Below are positions 1 to 9,020 of a stretch of 64,000 bases of DNA, in pieces. The notes under the pieces are model-generated. The model had not been told where the DNA came from, ran no database searches, and was given only the letters and a program-made list of their open reading frames with translations. The number at the start of each line of letters is the position of its first letter. Position 1 is the first letter of the stretch. The stretch comes from Alphaproteobacteria bacterium (GTDB lineage: Bacteria; Pseudomonadota; Alphaproteobacteria; Bin95): positions 4,768,001 to 4,832,000 of the forward strand of contig CBDBGH010000003.1 of assembly GCA_965205265.1 (NCBI GenBank), read 5' to 3'. A program made the translations under genes and the position numbers.

Positions 1-1769
1 GCTCGACGGCGCCGGTGGCGGCAGCGCCCTTGGGCGCCGGGTTGATGGTCGCCCCGCTGTCGCGTCAGGCCGGGCCCTGGGCGTCCGGGGCCGTGCTGTT
101 CAGGACGGAGGACGGGAAGCTGTGGCCGTTCCAGCCGGGATCGAGCCGCCAGATCACCTGGAACGACATCTATGTCGGGACACCCGGAAGCGGCAAGTCG
201 GTCATGATGAACGCCCTCAATCTCGGCCTGGTACTCGGACAGTCCGGGGCGTCGAGATTGCCGCGGATCGGCATTATCGATATCGGGATGACGAGTTCCG
301 GCCTGATAGACCTGCTCCAGGGGGCGCTGCCGCCGACCCGGCGCGACGAGGTCGTGTTCCGGCGCCTGCGCAATGACGTGGCGAACGCGATCAATCCGAT
401 GGATACGCAGCTGGGCATGAGGGCGCCCCTGGCCACGGAACGCCAGTTCCTGGTGAATTTCCTGTCGGTTGTCCTGTCCGAGGACGGTCCGCAGGGGGTA
501 AGGCCGCCGAGCGGTCCGATGATGGGCCTGATCTCGGCCGCGGTGGAGGCGGTGTATCGGTTGAAGAGCGACAGGAGTATCCCGAACCGCTATGCGAGCG
601 GTCTGGACCTGCGCGTGGACCGGGTTCTGGCGGAGGAGGGGTTCAGGTTCGAGACCGGGGCAAAGGCGTCCACATGGTGGGACGCCGTCGATTTCCTGAT
701 GGTGAAGGGGCGTCTGACGGAGGCGGCGCTGGCGCAGCGTTTTGCGGTGCCGCTGATAGGGGATCTGAACGGCGTGGCCGCCGACGACGGGATCAAGACG
801 CTTTACGAGTCGGCGGTTGACGAGAGGTCGGGCCAGAGGGTGATCGAGAGCTTCAACCGGTCGATGTCGGAGGTGGTGCGCGATTTCCCGCTGTTGTCGC
901 GCCCGACGAGATTCTCGGTGTCGGGGGCATCGATCATCGCCCTGGATCTCCAGGATGTGACGAGCCGGGCGGCCGGGGCGTCGAAACAGACGGCGATGAT
1001 GTACATGCTCGCCCGCCAGATTCTGACGCGCGATTTCTTCCTCGACGAGCTGGAATTCGCGAATGCGGTCGAGGAGCGCGTGATGCCGGAACCCTACCTG
1101 GAGCACCATCGGGCGCAGGCCCGGGCATTGAAGTCCATACAGAAGCGGCTGTGTGTCGATGAATGGCACCGCACGGGCGGCGTTCCGGGCATTGTCGAGC
1201 AATTCGTCCAGGACATGCGCGAGGGCCGGAAACACAATGTGCAGATTGCCGTGGCCTCGCAGTTCCTTGGGGACTTCAGCAAGGAGATGACGGGGGCCGC
1301 GAGTTCGGTTTTCGTCCACAATGCACCGACGGAAGCGGCCGTCCAGGACCTCGACAACGAGTTCAACCTCTCCGCGGTGGAGAAGACGACAGTCAGCCGG
1401 CTGAACGGGCCGTCTGCCCAGGGGGCGCCGTTCTTCCTGGTCGCGCGCATTCGCGAGGGCCAGATCAGGCAGAAGCTGCGGCTCACCCTGGGCCCGGTGG
1501 AGATATGGGCGCTGTCCACGACCGCAGAGGACGTGGCGTTGCGTCGCCTGCTCTACGAGAGGGTGGGTCCGCGCCGGGCGCGTGAATTGCTCGCCGTGCG
1601 GTTCCCGAACGGCTCGGCGGTCCCCGAACTCGAGAACCGCAAGGTGCAGCTTGAGGAATCCGGCCGGCGGGTGGACAGCGCGAGCGAGCGCGGGCTGGTC
1701 GAGGAGCTGGCGGCCGAGCTGGAGGCCCTGGCGGTGCGCGCGATGGATCTCTCGACGGAAGCCGCCTGA
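1..1769 (+). CDS. icmB: Type IVB secretion ATPase IcmB/DotO (TraU, VirB4-like), 5' truncated by the window edge
   Basis: Walker A GTPGSGKS followed by IGIIDIG; Walker B CVDEWH; REGRKHNVQIAVASQ; LTLGPVEIWALSTTAED typical of IcmB/TraU. Confidence 0.88.
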   Translation, partial: STAPVAAAPLGAGLMVAPLSRQAGPWASGAVLFRTEDGKLWPFQPGSSRQITWNDIYVGTPGSGKSVMMNALNLGLVLGQSGASRLPRIGIIDIGMTSSGLIDLLQGALPPTRRDEVVFRRLRNDVANAINPMDTQLGMRAPLATERQFLVNFLSVVLSEDGPQGVRPPSGPMMGLISAAVEAVYRLKSDRSIPNRYASGLDLRVDRVLAEEGFRFETGAKASTWWDAVDFLMVKGRLTEAALAQRFAVPLIGDLNGVAADDGIKTLYESAVDERSGQRVIESFNRSMSEVVRDFPLLSRPTRFSVSGASIIALDLQDVTSRAAGASKQTAMMYMLARQILTRDFFLDELEFANAVEERVMPEPYLEHHRAQARALKSIQKRLCVDEWHRTGGVPGIVEQFVQDMREGRKHNVQIAVASQFLGDFSKEMTGAASSVFVHNAPTEAAVQDLDNEFNLSAVEKTTVSRLNGPSAQGAPFFLVARIREGQIRQKLRLTLGPVEIWALSTTAEDVALRRLLYERVGPRRARELLAVRFPNGSAVPELENRKVQLEESGRRVDSASERGLVEELAAELEALAVRAMDLSTEAA

Positions 1770-2127
1770 GGGGCGCGGCCCCTGCACCTGTTTCCCCGGC
1801 GAATTCGCCGACGTCCTCGATTGGCAGGCCGGTCGGCGGACGGCCGGGCGACAACGGCGCTCACAGGGGCGGCCCGGGGACCTGGCCCGGCGCTGGCGGG
1901 TCCGCGGCCGCTCGTCGGCCGGGCAGTGATGCGACAATGGGGGCGCTGTGCGCCGACGGCCGGCGGATGCCCGCTATGCAAGGGCCGGATTTTTTTTGTG
2001 TTTTGAATTTTCACGCGGCGCGTACAGGTTGTCAGCGGACCTTGCAGCAGTCGCGGGCGTCTGTCCAACGCCCGCGATGGGTACCTCTGAAACCAGTGAA
2101 ATGAAGGGACACAGGAGAACCAGCATC

Positions 2128-3531
2128 ATGGCACGAGACAATGTCTTTTCCAACTTCGGCGGCGCCGGCCGCGGCAATCGCGGCGGCGGGAGGTCGCCCC
2201 GGGAGCCGGGATTCGGCCAGTCGGTGCTCTTGAAACTCGCCTCGGTCGACGAGGAGAGCAACACGCTTTCAGGCACGGTGATCGGCGGCAACCGCCATGG
2301 CGAGGAGGTCGAGGGCGTCAGCTTTATCGGGCGCACGAAGCCGAAGCACCTCCTGAAGAAGAACGCGCAGAGCTATATCGACCCGGCCCTCATCGAGGGC
2401 GGCAACGTCCACATGATCGTCGACCGGCTCGAGAAGAAGGACGGCAACGTCACGGCCCGGTGGATGCGCAAGGCCGGCGAGCATGTCGAGTACTCGACGC
2501 CCGACCACCCGAAGTGGATGGCCCTCGTTCCGATGAAGACGCCGTGGGCGGCCGACGACGACGAGCCGGAAGTGCCGCGTTACGGCGTGATGACGGTGGA
2601 TGTCGGCGGCGGCGCCGCGGCGCAGTCCATCGGGGATTTCCGCGAGGCCTTCGTGGCCGCGGCCAGCCAGCGCGGCGGGTTCGGCGCCGTGCATATGGTG
2701 ATGCACGGCGAGGCGGGCCGGCGTACCCAGATCGAGTATGCGCCGACAGGCGAACAGGCCGGGGTGCCGGGGAAGACTCCGGAGGAGCGGTTCGCGAGCT
2801 TCATGGAAGGCGTCGGCGGGGAGAAGGAGATCGCCGAGAGCTTCTCGAAGGGCTACACGATCACCGTGACGCCGCTGTCGATGCGCACGCTGTCGAAGTT
2901 CGAGACCACCCGCCTGATCGAGAGCGACAACCGGATGTCGGGCTTCACGCTGCCGTCGCACGGGTGGCGCCTTTCGTCCGAGATGCGCCGGGCGAAGGAG
3001 GAGGACCGCCAGAAGGTCAACGAGAACTTCCTGGCCTGGGCCGAGAAGAAGGGCTTCCGGGATGTGGAAAGCCTGCAGTCGGCCGAGAACCGTGTGGTCG
3101 AGCGCTTCGCGGCCGAGCACGGCGCGAAACTGCCGCGCATCGGCAATATCGGCTACCTGCCGGCCGGTTACGCGCTGCGTGACGCCGACGAGGACGGCCG
3201 CCCGCCGGCCCTGGTCACGAAGCTCGTGCCGACCGCGAGCCCGATCCCGGCGAACTTCGTGCCGGTCATCGGCGACGAGAAGGCGATGAGCCGGTACTAC
3301 GAGGCGTACCGCGATGCGGCGCGTGTGCTGCTCGCTGCCCCGGGCGTCGAGGCGGCCGTTGCGGAAACGGCGGCCGAGCGCGCAGCCGAGGTCGAGGCGG
3401 CCGAGGCGGCCGAGGTCGACGAGACGCTGAACGAGTTCGACGAGATGCTCAATGCAGCGGATTTCGGCCTGCCGGAAAACGAGGATCCGGGAGAGCCGGA
3501 CCCGTCTGACGAAGAACGCCCGGAGATGTGA
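2128..3531 (+). CDS. Hypothetical protein with acidic C-terminal tail
   Basis: Long ORF, AGGAG RBS before ATG 2128; ends DPGEPDPSDEERPEM. Confidence 0.7.
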   Translation: MARDNVFSNFGGAGRGNRGGGRSPREPGFGQSVLLKLASVDEESNTLSGTVIGGNRHGEEVEGVSFIGRTKPKHLLKKNAQSYIDPALIEGGNVHMIVDRLEKKDGNVTARWMRKAGEHVEYSTPDHPKWMALVPMKTPWAADDDEPEVPRYGVMTVDVGGGAAAQSIGDFREAFVAAASQRGGFGAVHMVMHGEAGRRTQIEYAPTGEQAGVPGKTPEERFASFMEGVGGEKEIAESFSKGYTITVTPLSMRTLSKFETTRLIESDNRMSGFTLPSHGWRLSSEMRRAKEEDRQKVNENFLAWAEKKGFRDVESLQSAENRVVERFAAEHGAKLPRIGNIGYLPAGYALRDADEDGRPPALVTKLVPTASPIPANFVPVIGDEKAMSRYYEAYRDAARVLLAAPGVEAAVAETAAERAAEVEAAEAAEVDETLNEFDEMLNAADFGLPENEDPGEPDPSDEERPEM

Positions 3532-3538
3532 TCCGGGC

Positions 3539-3577
3539 GCCCGGTCCGGCCCCGGCCGGACCGGGCCCTGTTTCCTT
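3539..3577 (+). terminator. Probable intrinsic terminator hairpin
   Basis: 12-bp stem GCCCGGTCCGGC/GCCGGACCGGGC just after the stop codon, followed by a weak T-tract (CCTGTTTCCTT). Confidence 0.5.
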
Positions 3578-3671
3578 GGCGCCGTCCCTCGGCGCAGGTC
3601 CCCGTTTTTGACATCAGGCTGCATCTGTCGGAAGGTTTCAGGCGGCGCCCAGGGGGGTTAGGAGGCCGACG

Positions 3672-6600
3672 ATGGAAAAGGTCGTTAGCTGGATCGAGTT
3701 CCCGGGCACGAGTGCCGTAATGAGGCTTGCCGCCCTGCCTCCCGGGGGGAACGGGCGTTCGCGTTTTGCGATGATCCTGACGCCCGGAGACGACCCGCCC
3801 GGGGGACTGGCCGCGGCAGCCGAGGGTTTCGGGTTTACCCCGCTGCCAGGCGGCAGGAATTGGCGCTATTACGGTCAGGCGGGTCGCCGCCTGCCGAAAA
3901 ACACCGATCTGGTCGAGGCCCTGCCGGGCGCGATTTCCGTAGGCGTTCCGCAAGCGGAAATGTACGCCAGCGACCGCTTCGTGGACCTGCGCCGGCAGCA
4001 GGCCCGGCGCCGGCCGCGGCGCGAGGCGGCGGCCGATGACGGCCAGCAGCCGAACCGGAAGGATCTCGAGGAGCTGGGGCGCAACCATCACGGCGACCTG
4101 GTGGTGCGCGACAGGGAAGGCAGGTTCTACCGAGTAACCGGCGAGGGCGAGCGCAATCCGCGCTACGTGATGGAGAAGCCGACCGATCCGGGCCCGCTTT
4201 TCCTGCGCCTGCGCGAGGAGCGCGATGTCGCCGGTCTCGCGGCCGGGCTGCTGAAGGAAATGATGCTCGGCGACAACCGTCACATGTCGGTCGCCGATAT
4301 AGACAGGCGGGCGGAAGTGGCCCTCGACCCCGCCGGACGTGACGATATTCCGAATCTCAGTCCGGCCGAGCTTGCCAGAATGCTGGCGGTCGATCTTCAC
4401 CGGCGTATCGTGCTGGGGATTGCCGCGGACGGCGATCCGGGCAGTCGGCGCACGCAGCTCCGTGACGGACTGAAAATTGCGGAACGGTCGTCAAGGGCGA
4501 TCGGCGGGCGGCTGCCGGACGAGGAGTCCCTGGTCTCATCGCCGGAAGTTACCGTTCTGCTGCGTCATGCGCTCGGTGCGGCCGAACGGCTGGAGGTGAC
4601 CGGTTCGCAACGCCTGGCCGACGCTCTTGCGGGCCTGGGCGGCGGCGGCGAGCGCGCCGACCCGGACGCCCAGGTGATCGACTTGACCGGAACCGGCGGG
4701 GTCGATGTGGTCGGCCGGGTCATGGCGGCCATCGCTCGCCGGGATGCCGGTGGCGTCACCGCCGTCCTCGTGCCCGGCACGCCGGAGGACATGGTCGCCG
4801 ACAATGTGCGCGAGGAGGTCGGTAAATTCTACGGCGTCGAGGCCGTTGCGGAAATTGTGCCGGGGCTGGCATCGGGAGATCCGGAAGGAGAACCGGTAAC
4901 GCTGCTGATGTTCGGGGAACGCCGCCCGGAAGAGGTCGAATTCCTTCCGGAGGCGGCGCAGCGAACATACAAGGCGGAAGGTCTCGACAGTCTTGAGGCT
5001 CTTGCCGTCGAAATACAACGCTCGCGCGGCAGGTTGCGCGAATGGTTCGCCGGCCTCGAGGCGTCGCCGGAAGAGCGGGCGCTGGAGGATTCGGAGGCCT
5101 ATGTCGGCTACCGGCCGATGAGCAAGGTCTCCGAACCGTTTTCGATGATCCCCAGAAGTGTGGAAGGGGCTGTCGTCCGGGCGCAGGAAAGGGTCGCGCG
5201 CTTTTACAGCGATGTCGGCGGCATCGACAACGGTGTCGCGAGGGAATTGGGGCTGACGCGCGAGGAGTTGGGGAACCGGCTCACGGCGGAGCAGGTCGAT
5301 GCGGTCGGTATGGTCCTGGAGGCCGCAAGCCGCGGACGCGGCTTCCTGCTCGGGGATTCGACCGGGATAGGAAAGGGGCGCACGCTTCAGGCGATCGCCC
5401 GGGCGCATTTGCGCAATAACGGGCGGGTGCTCGTGCTGACGGAATCCCCGGATACGAATATCCCGGACGTCTTCCGGGACCTCGGCGCGGTCGGCTTGCC
5501 GGAGGGCAGGCAGGCCGGCGTTCTGGCGACGACCCAGCCGTTCGATTGGTCGAATGTCAACGAGGCGGGCGACCCCGAGGAACAGGAGATGGTGCCGCTG
5601 GGTCCTGTTGCGCGCCGTCAACTGATGGAGGCGGCCTGGGCGGGCCGCGAGGATGTCTGGCCGGACGGGATCGACTACCTCGCCACTACGTACAGCGTGC
5701 TGTCGAGCAATATGGAGATGCCGGGCCCGGCCCCGGACGACGCCGAGGAGATCAATGAGGCGTCGAGGCCGCCGGCATACAAGAAGCGCGTAAACCGCAA
5801 GCCGAAGAATGTCGATCCGGACAATCCGCTGAACGTGACGCCGCAGATGGTCTGGGCGCAGCGCGTGGTGGAACAATGCGAGCGTGAAGGCCGCCCGTTG
5901 ATGGTCATCCTGGATGAGGCCCATGACGCCCTCAATCCGAGATCGGCGACCGGGCGGGTGATCCGCATCCTGAAGAACGGGGCCAGCGCGCCGCCGGTCT
6001 ATTCGACGGCGACGTCGTTGCGGGAACCGAGAGGCGTCGACCTGTACGACCGGCTGTTGCCGGGCGACATGTCCGTGCCGGAGGTCGGGCTGATGCTCGA
6101 CACGGTGATCGGCGGGGGCGAGGCGGCGCAGGAAAGCCTGACGACGATGTTGACGGAAGACGGCGTGCTGTTGCGGCGCGAGCACGATCTTTCGCAGCTG
6201 GAATTTGCGGTTCATGTCCCTTCGGATGCGGAAATCGCGCGTTGCGAGGACGTGATGGCCCAGGTGGGCCTGATCGTCGAGGACATGATGGCCGCCTACC
6301 AGAAGCTCAAGGCTCCCGACGGCCCGACCTTCCGGCATTTCCAGCGAGGCGGGGCCGATCTCGACTTCGACGATATCCTTACCGAGTGGTCGACCAACCT
6401 GTTGGGGGTCGGTTCGCCGATCTCGGCATTGAACGGGGCGGCGCTGAACGCCTTGCGGGCGCCGATGGTGGTCGATGCCGCGCTTGGCCACCTTGCCGAG
6501 GGCCATAAGCCCCTGATCGCCTTCCAGAGCACCAATGAGTCCGTTCTGCGGGAGATTTACGACGCCGACGGGGTCAATGAGGATATGCCGATGACGTTCT

Positions 6601-9020
6601 CGCGGACAGCGGCCCGCGTCCATGAACGGCTCTACAAGGTGCGTGACCTCGATGGCGAGGTGCTCGACGGCAGGGATGTGGATGAGGAGCTGGTAGAGAT
6701 TTCCGATCGCATCCGGGCCAGGATTGCGGAGCTTCCGGACAACCTCCCGGTGTCCCCTGTCGACTTTGTCCGCGACGCCATAGAAGAGGCGGGTTATTCG
6801 TTCGGCGAGATTTCGGGCCGGGCCCTTCAGGTATCCGACGGGAATGTGGTCCCCCGTCGGCGCCCGCGCGGGCGCGATGTCGCGGCCGCGTTCAACAATG
6901 GCGATCTGGATGTCTTGGCATTCAATTCAGCCGGTGCGACCGGTACGAGCTACCATGCGTCGAGGGATTTCAGGGACCAGCGCCGTCGGGTCTTCATCGA
7001 ATATGAGGCCCCGCCCGATGTCCTGAAATATGTCCAGTCGCTCGGGCGCGGGAACCGCTACGGCCAGGTGGTTTCGCCGAAGATGGTGAGCATCGTCGCC
7101 GGCCTGGCTCCCGAATTGAGGCTGATGCAGCAGCGCAACCGCAAGCTGCGCCGGATGGGAGCCTCGGTCGATGCCAACCGCGAGCATCCCTATCTCGCGC
7201 GCAATGTGCCCGACCTTCTCAACAGGGTCGGCGACGAGGCGACGCTGCGGGTGCTCTCGATGGACCCGGCCCGGACGCATCGCCTGAGGCTCGGAGAATA
7301 TCTGACCGAGGGCGACGAATATGGCGGGGATGTGGACGGTTCGGCTCTGGAGAAGGCCCTGCGCGACAACATCACCAACAAGGTGCTCGCGCGGCTCGTC
7401 GTGCTGCAGCCGGACGAACAGCGCGACATAATGTCGAGGATCGAGGCGGAGTTCCAGGCGCTGGTAGGCGAACTGAATGCGCGCAACATGAACCCGCTCA
7501 CGATCCGGACGGTCCCGGGCCAGTTCGAGGTGAAGGGGGCCCATATCTACGAAGGCGACATGGCCGCGAATGACGACGAGCTGGACATTTCGTCCCTGCA
7601 GGCGCCGATCTGGGTGGAAACGGGATTGCAGCACCTGAACCGGGACGCCATGCCGGTGTCGCGGGTAATGGAGAATATCGAGCGGTCCCAGGTGGAGACG
7701 CCGACAGGGTTCCTGCAGTATGCGGACCGCCTTGAGCAGATCATGCCGGCGCTGCTGCTCGACCAGACAGGGACAACGCTTGAGGAGGCTCTCGACGATC
7801 CGGAGGGGCAGTCGCCGAAGTTTGCCGCCTTGCACCGGCGCTATACGGGGATGGTCGATCTGCTGCGCCGGATCCGTCCCGGGGTCGGAATCCGGATTTT
7901 CGAGGATGCCGGGACAACGCTGCCGGATGTGGACGGGTTCGTGACCCGGGTGATTCTGCCGTCGCGGTCCTCTGACGGCATGGTGTCGAGCCCGTCGAGC
8001 TACAGCATCGAGATCCTCGAGCCCGGCATGGAGATGCCGGCGCGATATACGCTGTCGACGCTTCTGCGCTGTCATCGTGCGGCGGTCGACCCGGGATTCT
8101 CGGAGGGGCCGTCGAAGAAGGCCGAGGAGGCGTTCGAGGCCGCCGCCAAGTCGCGGCGGCGACGCCCGCACCAGTTCATGACCGGCAATCTGCTCCACGG
8201 CATCCGGATTGCCAAGGAGAACAGGCTCGGCGCCGTCGTGGCCGTGGCGGGAGAGGACGGCAAGACGCGCCGGGGAATCATGGTCGAGCAGAGCCGGGTC
8301 ATGCTGGAGCATTTGCCGGTCCAGATGCCGGATGGCGAAACGGCGGCCGCGACAGTGCTGCTCAACGGCCTTCTCGACCCCGGCGCCCGTTTCGCGTGTT
8401 GGGAGGGCCGCCTGCAGCGGGACGCCAATATCAAAGGCTTCTACGAACCTGCAAGCGGCCGTATGGCGTTCGATGTTCCGGGCCGCAACGGCAAGATGCG
8501 GAATTGGTGGGAAGACCATCCGAAGACCCACCGGGCGCTGTTCGGGGGCCCGTTCGAGCCGGTTCGGGGCGAGCGGGCGTCCTGGCAGGGGATTGATGTC
8601 GGGGAAGCCACCCGAGCGGGGCTGATCGGGATCTTCAACGAGATGGTGAGCAGCCAGGGCCTTCAGGCCGATGCCGGCGCCCGCGCGATCATGCGCGAGG
8701 CGCAGACGGTCGTGCGGGCGGCCCGGCGCGAGGGGCGCGACTGGACCATGGAGGAACTGCAGGCGAAGGCCGATGAGATCAACGCGGCCCGCGCGGCAGC
8801 CGATGCGGCGGCCGTGGAGGCGGCGGCCGATGACGATCCGGGCGAGCAGGCCCGGCCGGACCCGGCGCCCCAGGCGGCCGCGCCTCCACCGCCTCCACCG
8901 CCTCCACCGCCTCCACCGCCTCCACGGGCGCCCCGCGAGGAGCCGGAGCCGGCCCGGGGCGGGCGTGTGCGGGAAGTGGAGCTTCCCGACGAGCTGGGCG
9001 AGATTCTGGATGTCGCTTGA
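3672..9020 (+). CDS. Strawberry-notch-like SF2 helicase/NTPase (AAA_34 plus helicase C-terminal domain)
   Basis: LTAEQVDAV...GFLLGDSTGIGKGR (motif I), ILDEAH (motif II), NSAGATGTSYHA and QSLGRGNRYGQ; GGAGG RBS. Confidence 0.88.
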   Translation: MEKVVSWIEFPGTSAVMRLAALPPGGNGRSRFAMILTPGDDPPGGLAAAAEGFGFTPLPGGRNWRYYGQAGRRLPKNTDLVEALPGAISVGVPQAEMYASDRFVDLRRQQARRRPRREAAADDGQQPNRKDLEELGRNHHGDLVVRDREGRFYRVTGEGERNPRYVMEKPTDPGPLFLRLREERDVAGLAAGLLKEMMLGDNRHMSVADIDRRAEVALDPAGRDDIPNLSPAELARMLAVDLHRRIVLGIAADGDPGSRRTQLRDGLKIAERSSRAIGGRLPDEESLVSSPEVTVLLRHALGAAERLEVTGSQRLADALAGLGGGGERADPDAQVIDLTGTGGVDVVGRVMAAIARRDAGGVTAVLVPGTPEDMVADNVREEVGKFYGVEAVAEIVPGLASGDPEGEPVTLLMFGERRPEEVEFLPEAAQRTYKAEGLDSLEALAVEIQRSRGRLREWFAGLEASPEERALEDSEAYVGYRPMSKVSEPFSMIPRSVEGAVVRAQERVARFYSDVGGIDNGVARELGLTREELGNRLTAEQVDAVGMVLEAASRGRGFLLGDSTGIGKGRTLQAIARAHLRNNGRVLVLTESPDTNIPDVFRDLGAVGLPEGRQAGVLATTQPFDWSNVNEAGDPEEQEMVPLGPVARRQLMEAAWAGREDVWPDGIDYLATTYSVLSSNMEMPGPAPDDAEEINEASRPPAYKKRVNRKPKNVDPDNPLNVTPQMVWAQRVVEQCEREGRPLMVILDEAHDALNPRSATGRVIRILKNGASAPPVYSTATSLREPRGVDLYDRLLPGDMSVPEVGLMLDTVIGGGEAAQESLTTMLTEDGVLLRREHDLSQLEFAVHVPSDAEIARCEDVMAQVGLIVEDMMAAYQKLKAPDGPTFRHFQRGGADLDFDDILTEWSTNLLGVGSPISALNGAALNALRAPMVVDAALGHLAEGHKPLIAFQSTNESVLREIYDADGVNEDMPMTFSRTAARVHERLYKVRDLDGEVLDGRDVDEELVEISDRIRARIAELPDNLPVSPVDFVRDAIEEAGYSFGEISGRALQVSDGNVVPRRRPRGRDVAAAFNNGDLDVLAFNSAGATGTSYHASRDFRDQRRRVFIEYEAPPDVLKYVQSLGRGNRYGQVVSPKMVSIVAGLAPELRLMQQRNRKLRRMGASVDANREHPYLARNVPDLLNRVGDEATLRVLSMDPARTHRLRLGEYLTEGDEYGGDVDGSALEKALRDNITNKVLARLVVLQPDEQRDIMSRIEAEFQALVGELNARNMNPLTIRTVPGQFEVKGAHIYEGDMAANDDELDISSLQAPIWVETGLQHLNRDAMPVSRVMENIERSQVETPTGFLQYADRLEQIMPALLLDQTGTTLEEALDDPEGQSPKFAALHRRYTGMVDLLRRIRPGVGIRIFEDAGTTLPDVDGFVTRVILPSRSSDGMVSSPSSYSIEILEPGMEMPARYTLSTLLRCHRAAVDPGFSEGPSKKAEEAFEAAAKSRRRRPHQFMTGNLLHGIRIAKENRLGAVVAVAGEDGKTRRGIMVEQSRVMLEHLPVQMPDGETAAATVLLNGLLDPGARFACWEGRLQRDANIKGFYEPASGRMAFDVPGRNGKMRNWWEDHPKTHRALFGGPFEPVRGERASWQGIDVGEATRAGLIGIFNEMVSSQGLQADAGARAIMREAQTVVRAARREGRDWTMEELQAKADEINAARAAADAAAVEAAADDDPGEQARPDPAPQAAAPPPPPPPPPPPPPPRAPREEPEPARGGRVREVELPDELGEILDVA
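8881..8925 (+). repeat. (CGCCTCCAC)x5 tandem repeat encoding poly-proline
   Basis: Five exact 9-bp units, in frame, near the helicase C-terminus. Confidence 0.95.

Noticed and set aside
1770-2127. GC-rich intergenic region as oriT or ncRNA
   Set aside because: Only weak imperfect hairpins; no recognisable nic site or RNA family signature.
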